A stretch of DNA of 24,000 bases, from positions 1 to 24,000 of the forward strand of contig JAHZMA010000112.1 of the NCBI GenBank assembly GCA_022599575.1. The letters run 5' to 3'. Origin of the DNA: Alphaproteobacteria bacterium. Its GTDB lineage: Bacteria; Pseudomonadota; Alphaproteobacteria; JABAAW01; JAHZMA01. Below, piece by piece: positions 1 through 7,626 of this stretch. Positions within the stretch are counted from its first letter, which is position 1. Each line of letters opens with the position of its first letter. The notes below the pieces were generated by a model that was not told the origin of the DNA, did no database searches, and saw only the letters and a program-made list of their open reading frames with translations. The translations under genes were made by a program, and so were the position numbers.

Positions 1-328
1 CGAAGGTGGCTTTCGCCCGATGCTGTTTGATTTGCAAAATGACCCGAATGAATATCATGATATTGGCGATGATGCCGCCTATAAGCATGTGATTGATAAA
101 ATGTATGGCTATTTATTTGAATGGACGCGCCGCTTATCGCAGCGCATTACTGTATCGGATAATCAGATTTCTTTGATGCGTGAATTTGGCGGTGGGCAAG
201 GTGTGATGATTGGGGTATGGTCGGAAGATGACGTGTCAAAAACTCATGCTGATTTTTATCGTGGCAAAGCCAAACAAGATTTTACCCACCAGAATATTAC
301 AGACGCAGGTAACGGAGAAAAAACATGA
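1..328 (+). CDS. C-terminal fragment of a sulfatase / alkaline-phosphatase-superfamily hydrolase (5' end lies outside the window)
   Basis: The frame is open from the window edge (codon phase of nt 2) to TGA at 326-328. The translation ...EGGFRPMLFDLQNDPNEYHDIGDD... resembles the conserved LFDLxxDPxE C-terminal segment of sulfatase/phosphonate-monoester-hydrolase-type proteins. The stop overlaps the next start (ATGA at 325-328). Confidence 0.6.
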   Translation, partial: EGGFRPMLFDLQNDPNEYHDIGDDAAYKHVIDKMYGYLFEWTRRLSQRITVSDNQISLMREFGGGQGVMIGVWSEDDVSKTHADFYRGKAKQDFTHQNITDAGNGEKT

Positions 329-1746
329 AACTAAGTGATTATGAAAAAGCGGGCAAATATGCTATTGAATGGGGCGTTAAATATCGCGAAAATATGGCGC
401 AATATCCAGTAATGGCACAAACCAAACCCGGTGATATTGTGAAACAAATTCCTGACCATATGCCACAATTAGGCGAGGATATTGAAGATTTGCTTGCCGA
501 TATGGATAAGATTATTTTACCGGGCATTACCCATTGGCAACATCCGCGCTTTTTTGCTTATTTTCCTTCCAACGCGCCACTGGCATCGGTATTGGCACAG
601 CAATTTAGCGCGGTAATGGGCTCACTGGCATTATTATGGCAAACATCGCCCGCCGCCAGTGAGTTAGAAGAAAAAATGACGCAATGGTTGCAACGCGCCG
701 TCAATCTTAGTCCCGATTTTATGGGAGTCATTCAAGATGGCGCTTCTAGTTCCACACTTATCGCCGTTTTAACCATGCGCGAACGCGCCACACAATGGCA
801 AAGCAATAAAACAGGGCTGGCACAACAAAAAACCTTGCGTATCTATGTTTCGGAACATGCCCATTCTTCGGTGGAACGTGCGGTTGGTTTTGCAGGCATT
901 GGCAGAGAAAATCTGGTTAAAATCAATGGTGATGAGGGCGCGTTGCATGGCATGAACAAACAAGCCTTACAACAAGCGATTGAAGCGGATATCAAGCATG
1001 GCTATCAGCCAGTGGGGATTGTGTTATGCACGGGTAGCACCTCAATCGGTTCTTGTGATGATATTGAGGGTATTTGCGATGTGGCTGAAAAATATAACCT
1101 TTATACCCATCTTGATGCCGCATGGGCGGGGGCGGCGATGGTGTGTCCTGAATTTCAACATTATTGGCAAGGGGTGAATAGGTTAGATTCTTTGGTGTTA
1201 AATCCGCATAAATGGCTAGGCGGACAGCATGATTGCTCGTTACATTATTTCAAAAATACCGATGATGTTAGAAAAACACTATCATTACAGCCTGAATATC
1301 TTAAAACCATCGATATGGAAGATATTAAAAATTACTCTGATTATTCATTAGGGCTAGGGCGCAATTTTCGCGCCTTGAAATTATGGTTTTTATTTAGAAT
1401 TTATGGGCTAGAATATATTCAAAATATCTTTAGAAACCATGTTTCATGGGCGCAATATTTACAGCAAAGATTTGAACAAACGCCAAATTTTCAAATTATA
1501 ACACCCTGTTTTTTATCGCTGTTCACCTTTCGTTATCTGCCACAACAATGGCAAGGTGATGTTAATGATTTTACGCAAAAATTGGTGAAAATCATCAATG
1601 ATGATGGACGTATTTATATCACGCAATCTATCTATAACAATATGAAAATGATACGTTTTCAAATTGGCACTTATGATTGCACCAAAAAAGATGTTGATAT
1701 TGCCTATCAAACCATCACAGAGCTTGCAAAAAAATTGGATAAATGA
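325..1746 (+). CDS. Group II pyridoxal-phosphate-dependent decarboxylase (aromatic-L-amino-acid / tyrosine decarboxylase-like)
   Basis: 473 aa. It carries THWQHPRFFAYFPS, HLDAAWAGAA and the PLP-lysine motif LNPHKW, all typical of the DOPA/tyrosine decarboxylase family. The start overlaps the upstream stop (ATGA). Confidence 0.9.
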   Translation: MKLSDYEKAGKYAIEWGVKYRENMAQYPVMAQTKPGDIVKQIPDHMPQLGEDIEDLLADMDKIILPGITHWQHPRFFAYFPSNAPLASVLAQQFSAVMGSLALLWQTSPAASELEEKMTQWLQRAVNLSPDFMGVIQDGASSSTLIAVLTMRERATQWQSNKTGLAQQKTLRIYVSEHAHSSVERAVGFAGIGRENLVKINGDEGALHGMNKQALQQAIEADIKHGYQPVGIVLCTGSTSIGSCDDIEGICDVAEKYNLYTHLDAAWAGAAMVCPEFQHYWQGVNRLDSLVLNPHKWLGGQHDCSLHYFKNTDDVRKTLSLQPEYLKTIDMEDIKNYSDYSLGLGRNFRALKLWFLFRIYGLEYIQNIFRNHVSWAQYLQQRFEQTPNFQIITPCFLSLFTFRYLPQQWQGDVNDFTQKLVKIINDDGRIYITQSIYNNMKMIRFQIGTYDCTKKDVDIAYQTITELAKKLDK

Positions 1747-1788
1747 TTATAGGCATAATAGAGTTTCTTTTAGAGTAGGGATGAAGAG

Positions 1789-2643
1789 ATGAGCAAGCAT
1801 TTTAAGCAATTTACGGTGCATGATAAGGTGGTGGAAAGTAGCATTATTACCTCGTTTTATCTTAGCCCCAACGATAATATTGGCGATAATATTGGCGATA
1901 ATATTGGCAATGATATTTCTGAATGGGAACAGGCAAAGGCGGGGCAATTTCTCACCATCAGAATTCCACGTGAACCGCGCAATCTTTTGCGTAATTATTC
2001 TATATCTAACGATGTTGATGAAAAAAGATATTTCCGCATCACCGTCAAGCGCGAAAGCGCACCTGCTGATAAGCCTGATATCGCCGATGGCATTGGCTCA
2101 TGCTGGTTGCATGATAAGATTCAAAAAGGTGATAAGATTGATGTCGCCAAACCACGTGGCAAATTTTTCTTAAACCAGCAAAGTGATAAGCCTGTTCTGT
2201 TATTATCGGGCGGGGTTGGGCAAACGCCATTATTGGCGATGTTGCATCAATTGGTAAAAACCAATCGTTCCACCTATTTTATCCATGCTTGCCAGAATGG
2301 TGAGGTTCATGCCATGCAAACTGAGGTGCAGAAGCTGATAGCAGGCAAAGCACATATCCACTCATATTTGGCATATGCACAGCCAACGCAACAAGATAGA
2401 GAGCATCAGCATTTTGATACAGAGGGCTATATCACCAAACAAATTTTACAATCATTATTGCCAGCAAATGATTGCGAAATCTATATGTGCGGCCCTAGTT
2501 TTTTTATGGCAACCATGTTCCATCATTTGATTGCATTAGGCATTGCCGAAGATAACATCGCCTATGAATTTTTTGGTAATGCCCAATCATTGAAAGATTT
2601 GGCGTTAAAGATAGGGGGGCGCGGATTCGCTTCTCGGACGTGA
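1789..2643 (+). CDS. FAD/NAD(P)H oxidoreductase of the ferredoxin-NADP reductase fold (flavohaemoglobin reductase-domain-like; no globin or Fe-S domain)
   Basis: 284 aa. It carries an RxYS flavin motif (RNYSIS), the NAD(P)-binding segment LLLSGGVGQTPLLAML, a CGP motif (YMCGPSFF) and a C-terminal YEFFG resembling the Hmp C-terminus. The last 10 codons plus TGA are encoded by the repeat element that begins at 2611. Confidence 0.8.
   Translation: MSKHFKQFTVHDKVVESSIITSFYLSPNDNIGDNIGDNIGNDISEWEQAKAGQFLTIRIPREPRNLLRNYSISNDVDEKRYFRITVKRESAPADKPDIADGIGSCWLHDKIQKGDKIDVAKPRGKFFLNQQSDKPVLLLSGGVGQTPLLAMLHQLVKTNRSTYFIHACQNGEVHAMQTEVQKLIAGKAHIHSYLAYAQPTQQDREHQHFDTEGYITKQILQSLLPANDCEIYMCGPSFFMATMFHHLIALGIAEDNIAYEFFGNAQSLKDLALKIGGRGFASRT
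1873..1908 (+). repeat. Perfect 12-bp tandem repeat (gataatattggc x3), in frame, encoding (DNIG)3
   Basis: Read directly: three identical copies at 1873-1884, 1885-1896 and 1897-1908, followed by a degenerate partial copy. It lies inside the oxidoreductase CDS. Confidence 0.95.
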
Positions 2644-2921
2644 GGACGGAGCCCACGCCCTTGCGAATGCCCCCCTTAACCCCCCGCTATAAAAATAGGG
2701 GGGCGCGGATTCGCTTCTCGGACGTGAGGACGGTGCCCACGCCCTTGCGAATGCCCCCCTTAACCCCCCGCCATAAAAATAGGGGGGGCGCGGATTCGCT
2801 TCTCGGTGCGCGCTTGTCAATACGAGTCAGAATAGGAAATCCAGTGCATCTAAAGCCGTTAATGCTCAAACCGCATTAACGGCAAGATACGCTTCGATTG
2901 CCCCCCTTAACCCCCCGCTAT
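2611..2921. repeat. Array of three head-to-tail copies of a small palindromic (REP/MITE/RPE-like) element
   Basis: Copies at 2611-2694 and 2695-2778 have an 84-bp period and are near identical. A third copy at 2779-2921 has the same left arm (atagggggggcgcggattcgcttctcgg) and right arm (gccccccttaaccccccgctat) but a different, longer core. The arms are imperfect inverted repeats (aggggggc..attcgc / gcgaatgcccccct). Confidence 0.9.
2855..2883. repeat. Perfect 11-bp inverted repeat (gccgttaatgc-N7-gcattaacggc) nested in the core of the third repeat copy
   Basis: Read directly from the sequence. No T-tract follows on either strand, so I do not call it a terminator. Confidence 0.85.
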
Positions 2922-2942
2922 ATCCAATCCACTATAATTAAT

Positions 2943-2971
2943 TTGACATTATTTTCTCTCCATGCTATTAG
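2943..2971 (+). promoter_or_regulatory. Candidate sigma70-type promoter for the ROK-regulator operon
   Basis: TTGACA at 2943-2948, a 17-nt spacer, then TATTAG at 2966-2971, about 70 nt upstream of the ATG at 3040. This is a pattern match only. Confidence 0.3.
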
Positions 2972-2994
2972 TTAGTCTAGCGAACGAACTAATA
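2966..2994. promoter_or_regulatory. 8-bp inverted repeat (TATTAGTT-N13-AACTAATA) overlapping the putative -10; candidate operator
   Basis: Read directly: 2966-2973 and 2987-2994 are exact reverse complements. The position between promoter and start codon fits an autoregulatory operator for the adjacent ROK repressor. Confidence 0.3.
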
Positions 2995-3039
2995 AAAAAT
3001 CGTTAAAGATGCCATAAGAGATAACAGGGACAGTAAAAG

Positions 3040-4278
3040 ATGAATGATATTAATTTATCAAGGCAAGTATCAATAGAACGCGTTATGCGTGCCATTGCCT
3101 CTTATGGTCCTATTTCGCGGGCATCATTAGCCAAAGAACTTGGCCTATCCAAACAAACCATTTCTGAAATTATGCAAGTGCTTGAACAATATAATTGGGT
3201 GCAAATAAAAGGGCAGACTGAAGGGCATATCGGGCGACGCGCCATTACCTATCAGCTCAATCCAAACTGTGCTGGTGTGGTGGTGGTTGATTTGGGTGGC
3301 ACAAAAATTCGTACCTGCATTGTCAATTTGGTTGGTGAGATTATCGCTGAACAAACCATACCAACAGATAAGCAAGGTGGTAAAGTGGTGATTGACCAGA
3401 TGAGCGATATGATTCACGCATTATGCAAGCAGGTTGATATTGCAGATGACCAAATTAATTTGGCGGTGGTGGGTATACCGGGTGTGTATGATGAAAAAAC
3501 CGACCATGTGGTGATGGCACCCAATATTCAAAAGCTTGGTAATATTCCTTTTGCTGAAACTTTAGAAAAGCAGACAGGGCTTAAAATCATTGTCGAAAAT
3601 GATGTCAACCTTGCGGCAAAGGGTGAATATTGGCTTGGCGAGCAAGCCGATACCCAAAGCTATGGCAGTTTGGTATTGCTAATGATTGGCACAGGGCTAG
3701 GTGCGGGCATTATTGTTAATGGCGAGTTGCAAAAGGGGCGTAATGGTATGGCAGGCGAGATTGGCTCGCTACCTTTATTAGGGGAAAAGCAAGCAAATAT
3801 CAATGCCAATGGGCTAGAAAGTCGCTTAAGTGGGGTTGCCATTGCCAAACAATATCACGCACAAACAGGTGAGACTAAAACAGCATCTGAAATATTTGCC
3901 CTTGCTGAAAATAATGATGATATTGCCATGAAGATTATTGATGATGCGGCAGGTTTGCTGATGCAAGTGATTTATTCGCTTGATTTTATTATCAACCCCG
4001 ATAAATTTGTGCTTGGGGGGTCTATTGGTAAATCCATATTATTGAATAAATTAGTAAAAGCCAAACTTGCCCGCCAAAAATGGCAAGCACCTGTGATAGA
4101 AACAGTAAAAGCAGGAAAATATGCCGCGATGATGGGTGGGGTTGCTGTTGGGCTTGAACAAACACAATATGATTTATTTGCTGCCTCTTACGGTGAAGCG
4201 ACACCACCTAAAAAATTTGTTGCGTTTAAGAATGCAAATTCTAAACAATTATTGCATGCAATCGGACAGAAGACATGA
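3040..4278 (+). CDS. ROK-family transcriptional regulator (NagC/Mlc-like architecture: N-terminal winged HTH plus ROK sugar-kinase-fold domain)
   Basis: 412 aa. The N-terminal ~80 aa are HTH-like (ISRASLAKELGLSKQTISEIMQVLE). ROK motifs are present: DLGGTKIR, VENDVNLAAKGE, GTGLGAGII, GRNGMAGEIG. The length matches repressors rather than ~300-aa ROK kinases. Confidence 0.85.
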   Translation: MNDINLSRQVSIERVMRAIASYGPISRASLAKELGLSKQTISEIMQVLEQYNWVQIKGQTEGHIGRRAITYQLNPNCAGVVVVDLGGTKIRTCIVNLVGEIIAEQTIPTDKQGGKVVIDQMSDMIHALCKQVDIADDQINLAVVGIPGVYDEKTDHVVMAPNIQKLGNIPFAETLEKQTGLKIIVENDVNLAAKGEYWLGEQADTQSYGSLVLLMIGTGLGAGIIVNGELQKGRNGMAGEIGSLPLLGEKQANINANGLESRLSGVAIAKQYHAQTGETKTASEIFALAENNDDIAMKIIDDAAGLLMQVIYSLDFIINPDKFVLGGSIGKSILLNKLVKAKLARQKWQAPVIETVKAGKYAAMMGGVAVGLEQTQYDLFAASYGEATPPKKFVAFKNANSKQLLHAIGQKT

Positions 4279-5534
4279 CAGGCTTGAATTTTGCTAAAGT
4301 GCCAGACGATACCAAAGCTGATAATAGGGCAATAGCGTTTTTGCAAGGTGCGATACAAGCACAAAGCATCACGGGGAACGAGACGAATTTTGTGAATTAT
4401 CTGCTTCCCAAAATGCAAGCTCTTGGTCTTCAGCCACAAACAGAAGAATTTGCAGATGGCAGGTTAAATCTATGGGGTGGCACAAAAGCAACAGAAAATA
4501 ATTCAGCAGACAATGATAATGTGTTATTGGTGATGGGGCATACTGATACGGTGCATGTAAAAGGCTGGCGCGATAAATGGCAAGGCACGGCGCGCGAGAA
4601 TCCTTTCAGCGGCGCGGTGATAGATGGTGAGATATGGGGGCGTGGCTCTGGCGATTTAAAAGCGGGCATTTGTGCGTGGCTGATGGCGTGGGAACGGTTA
4701 TATAGTCATAATATCCAGCTCAAAGGTGAACTGCAATTTGCTTTTATCGGTGATGAAGAAAGCGGCGAAGCAGGAATGGGCACCAGCGAAGGTGTTAAAC
4801 ATTATGTGAATAATATTGCGCCGACTTTATCAAAACCAACATTTGCCGTTTATACCGAACCATCTCAGCTTAATATTTACACCGCACAGATGGGGTTTTT
4901 TATCGCCGATATTGATATTATTGGTAAAACCTCTTATTTTGGCGTGCCCGAACAAGGCATTGATGCGTTGAAAGCGGCGCATAAGGTGGCAACAAATATT
5001 TTCAAACATTCAAATGATATTGAACAAATATCGCCACATGAACTGATTGGTAACCCTTTCGCGCTGATAACAGATTTTCGTGCTGGTGGCTATATCGCTG
5101 TGCCGGGTGATGCACATATCAGCTTAATCCGCAAATTATTGCCAAGCGAAAATATGGATCAGGCTGTTAAAAAACTTTCTGATATTGTCCATGAAGCAAT
5201 AAAAGGCACAGGCTGTGAGTGTAAGATTGCATTTACTGCTGGGCGCGACCATGCAGATGGTGGATTACCATCAGTGACTGACCCTGATATTGCCGAAGTT
5301 CAGCTATTAATTGACACTGTCAAAAATCACTGGCAAAAAACTGGTGCTGTATGTGCTGCGCCTTTTTGGTCGGAAAAATCTTTCTTAAAACATGGACTGG
5401 GTTGCAATGCTGTTTATTGTGCGCCCGGTGACATCACAAATTGTCACACGCTTGAGGAACGCGTGGACATAAAACAATATTTGGCAGCGATTAAGGCATT
5501 TGCTGATTTCATCGCCAAATATTGTTGTTCTTAA
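4275..5534 (+). CDS. M20-family metallo-amidohydrolase (ArgE/DapE/ACY1/CPG2-like deacylase or peptidase)
   Basis: 419 aa. Metal-ligand motifs GHTDTV, GRGSGDLKAG and GDEESGE are present. The start overlaps the ROK stop (ATGA at 4275-4278). Confidence 0.85.
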   Translation: MTGLNFAKVPDDTKADNRAIAFLQGAIQAQSITGNETNFVNYLLPKMQALGLQPQTEEFADGRLNLWGGTKATENNSADNDNVLLVMGHTDTVHVKGWRDKWQGTARENPFSGAVIDGEIWGRGSGDLKAGICAWLMAWERLYSHNIQLKGELQFAFIGDEESGEAGMGTSEGVKHYVNNIAPTLSKPTFAVYTEPSQLNIYTAQMGFFIADIDIIGKTSYFGVPEQGIDALKAAHKVATNIFKHSNDIEQISPHELIGNPFALITDFRAGGYIAVPGDAHISLIRKLLPSENMDQAVKKLSDIVHEAIKGTGCECKIAFTAGRDHADGGLPSVTDPDIAEVQLLIDTVKNHWQKTGAVCAAPFWSEKSFLKHGLGCNAVYCAPGDITNCHTLEERVDIKQYLAAIKAFADFIAKYCCS

Positions 5535-5555
5535 ACTAAATGGTAGGAGGTCTCA

Positions 5556-6599
5556 ATGAGAAAATTATTACTGTTAATAACAATGATTACTTTTATAGCA
5601 AGTGGCAGTGCTATTGCACAAACAGTCGGCCCTAATGGCGAACAAGCAACGCCATCAAAGCAAGTTACTGTTGCGAAAAGCGATGTTAAAAAAGTAAAAA
5701 ACATGAAACTGAAAGCAGCATTGCTATGGCATGATCAATCTGATTTTGTTAATGCTGTTACTGCGGGCGCGAAAGATGAATTCAAACGTTTGGGGGTTAA
5801 AGTTGTTGCTGAGGCTAATGCTGCTTTTGATGCTGCGAAGCAAAAAGCAGATATTGAAAATGCACTGATTAAAAGCCCAAATATCATTTTATCGCTGCCA
5901 CTTGACCCAGCCACATCAGCGGCGGCCTTCCGAGAAGCCAAAGATGAAGGGGTAAGTCTGGTGTTTCTTTCTAATTTACCTGCGGGCTATCAACATCCGC
6001 AAGATTATGCGGCGATTGTTACAGACGATTTATTCGCTATGGGCAAACAAGCCGCAGATGCTTTGGCAAAAAGCATGGGCAAAAAAGGCACAGTAGGTTG
6101 GATTTATCACGATGCAGCTTATTATGTCACCAATCAGCGTGATAATGCGTTCAAAAAAACAATTGAAACAGATTATCCCAACATTAAAATTGTTGCCGAA
6201 TCTGGTTTGGCAGACCCCGCACGGGCAGAAGAAATTGCCAATGCGATGTTGCTAAAAAATCCTAATATTGGCGGTATTTATACGCCATGGGCAGGACCCG
6301 CCGAAGGCGTGTTAGCAGCATTGCGTGCCAATGGCAATAAAAAAACCAAATTGGTGACGTTGGATTTGTCTGAGCCAGTTGCGCTTGATATGGTTAATGG
6401 TGGCAATGTGGTTGCAATCACAGCCGATGAAGCTTACGAGCTTGGGCGGGCGATGGCAGCTGCTGGTGTTAATAAAATATTGGGCAAAAAGGTTCCAGCT
6501 TTTGTGATTGCGCCTGCAATCACGGCAACACCTAAAAATGTTGAAAAAGTTTGGAAACAATCGCTTAATATCCAAGCGCCAAAAAGCGTTCGTAAATAG
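5556..6599 (+). CDS. Periplasmic sugar-type ABC substrate-binding protein (RbsB/FrcB-like, type I PBP)
   Basis: 347 aa. It has an N-terminal signal peptide (MRKLLLLITMITFIASGSAIA/Q) and a strong SD (GGAGG) upstream. The overall sequence pattern matches the ribose/fructose-binding protein family. Confidence 0.85.
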   Translation: MRKLLLLITMITFIASGSAIAQTVGPNGEQATPSKQVTVAKSDVKKVKNMKLKAALLWHDQSDFVNAVTAGAKDEFKRLGVKVVAEANAAFDAAKQKADIENALIKSPNIILSLPLDPATSAAAFREAKDEGVSLVFLSNLPAGYQHPQDYAAIVTDDLFAMGKQAADALAKSMGKKGTVGWIYHDAAYYVTNQRDNAFKKTIETDYPNIKIVAESGLADPARAEEIANAMLLKNPNIGGIYTPWAGPAEGVLAALRANGNKKTKLVTLDLSEPVALDMVNGGNVVAITADEAYELGRAMAAAGVNKILGKKVPAFVIAPAITATPKNVEKVWKQSLNIQAPKSVRK

Positions 6600-6607
6600 T
6601 TAAAAAT

Positions 6608-6646
6608 AGACGGGCATTTGCGATTGTAAATGTCCGTCTTATTTTA
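6608..6646 (+). terminator. Intra-operon stem-loop with a T-rich tail after the binding-protein gene (partial terminator or mRNA stabiliser)
   Basis: AGACGGGCATTT (6608-6619) pairs with AAATGTCCGTCT (6628-6639): 12 bp with one G-U pair and an 8-nt loop. TATTTTAAG follows. Confidence 0.55.
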
Positions 6647-6659
6647 AGATAATAGCAAT

Positions 6660-7616
6660 ATGTATACAATAAAAATGCCCATGCTTAACAAATTTGACCT
6701 GAAAGGTAGCATTGTCTATCTGGCATTTGTGGGCATTTTTATTTTTTTCTCAATCATTTTATGGGAAGATGGTTTTTTAAGCACACGGAATTTAAGCAAT
6801 ATTATTTTACAAACCACGCCGATAACCATTATGGCACTTGGTTTGGTTTTTGTGTTTTCAGCAGGCGAAATTGATATTTCTTTCGGCTCGATTGTGGCGG
6901 TATCGGCATTAACAGCAGCAGTATTAATGCAAACATTTCACCCCTTCATCAGTGTTATCATTGCTCTTTTTGTGGGCACAGCCATTGGTGCGCTGAATGG
7001 CGCATTGGTTGCCTATCTTCGCTTGCCTTCTTTTTTGGTAACATTGGCAACGATGGCTTTATTTGCAGGGGTTGCGCGTAGCATGACTAATTTGCGCTCA
7101 ATTCCAGCAATTGATCCGTTATTTACTGGTATTTTTGGTTCAGGGAAATTATTTGGCATTCCTTCTTTAGTGATATGGTGTGTTTTCGCTGTCATTATTG
7201 CCCATATTATTTATCGCCATACCCGTTTTGGCGCGCATGTGATTGCCACTGGCGATAATCCACGTGCGACACAAGTGGCAGGCATTGATGTTAAGAAAAT
7301 TCGCCTTTATGTGTTAACATTATCAGGCGCATGTGCCGCATTGGCAGGCGTTTTATATACGGGGCGGATTCAAGCGGCAAAATACACGCTTGGCGAAACG
7401 GATTTATTAATCGTGATTGCGGCTGTGATTGTTGGTGGCACCGCATTAAATGGCGGTAAAGGCACGATTATCGGTGCGCTTGTTGGCTCATTATTGATGG
7501 GCATGTTGAGCAATGGGCTGATTTTAATGGAATTTTCGGTTTCTCAACAGCTGATTGTGCGCGGGTTGATTATTTTACTCGCGGTTATTGTTTCTTTACG
7601 CCAACCCAATTCATAA
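6660..7616 (+). CDS. Sugar ABC transporter permease (RbsC/FrcC-like, CUT2 family)
   Basis: 318 aa and highly hydrophobic, with multiple predicted TM segments and the characteristic G-rich C-terminal half (VIVGGTALNGGKGTIIGALVG). The start could alternatively be the ATG at 6675. Confidence 0.85.
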   Translation: MYTIKMPMLNKFDLKGSIVYLAFVGIFIFFSIILWEDGFLSTRNLSNIILQTTPITIMALGLVFVFSAGEIDISFGSIVAVSALTAAVLMQTFHPFISVIIALFVGTAIGALNGALVAYLRLPSFLVTLATMALFAGVARSMTNLRSIPAIDPLFTGIFGSGKLFGIPSLVIWCVFAVIIAHIIYRHTRFGAHVIATGDNPRATQVAGIDVKKIRLYVLTLSGACAALAGVLYTGRIQAAKYTLGETDLLIVIAAVIVGGTALNGGKGTIIGALVGSLLMGMLSNGLILMEFSVSQQLIVRGLIILLAVIVSLRQPNS

Positions 7617-7626
7617 GGAGAAAAAC

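Noticed and set aside
1747-2173. ORFs 1747-1947 (-, IANIIANIIANII) and 1820-2173 (+, alternative frame)
   Set aside because: Both overlap the well-supported oxidoreductase CDS. The minus-strand ORF is simply the antisense reading of the 12-bp tandem repeat.
2605-2879. Track ORFs 2605-2820 (-), 2640-2879 (+) and 2687-2869 (-) with repetitive Pro/Arg/Gly-rich translations
   Set aside because: They are translations of the tandem repeat elements on both strands. Their internally repeated low-complexity sequence is an artefact of the DNA repeat, not evidence of coding.
2611-2921. Possible CRISPR array, because of regularly spaced repeats with an 84-bp period
   Set aside because: The whole 84-bp units are near identical, so there are no unique spacers. 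There are only three units, the units are internally palindromic like REP/MITE elements, and no cas genes are nearby.
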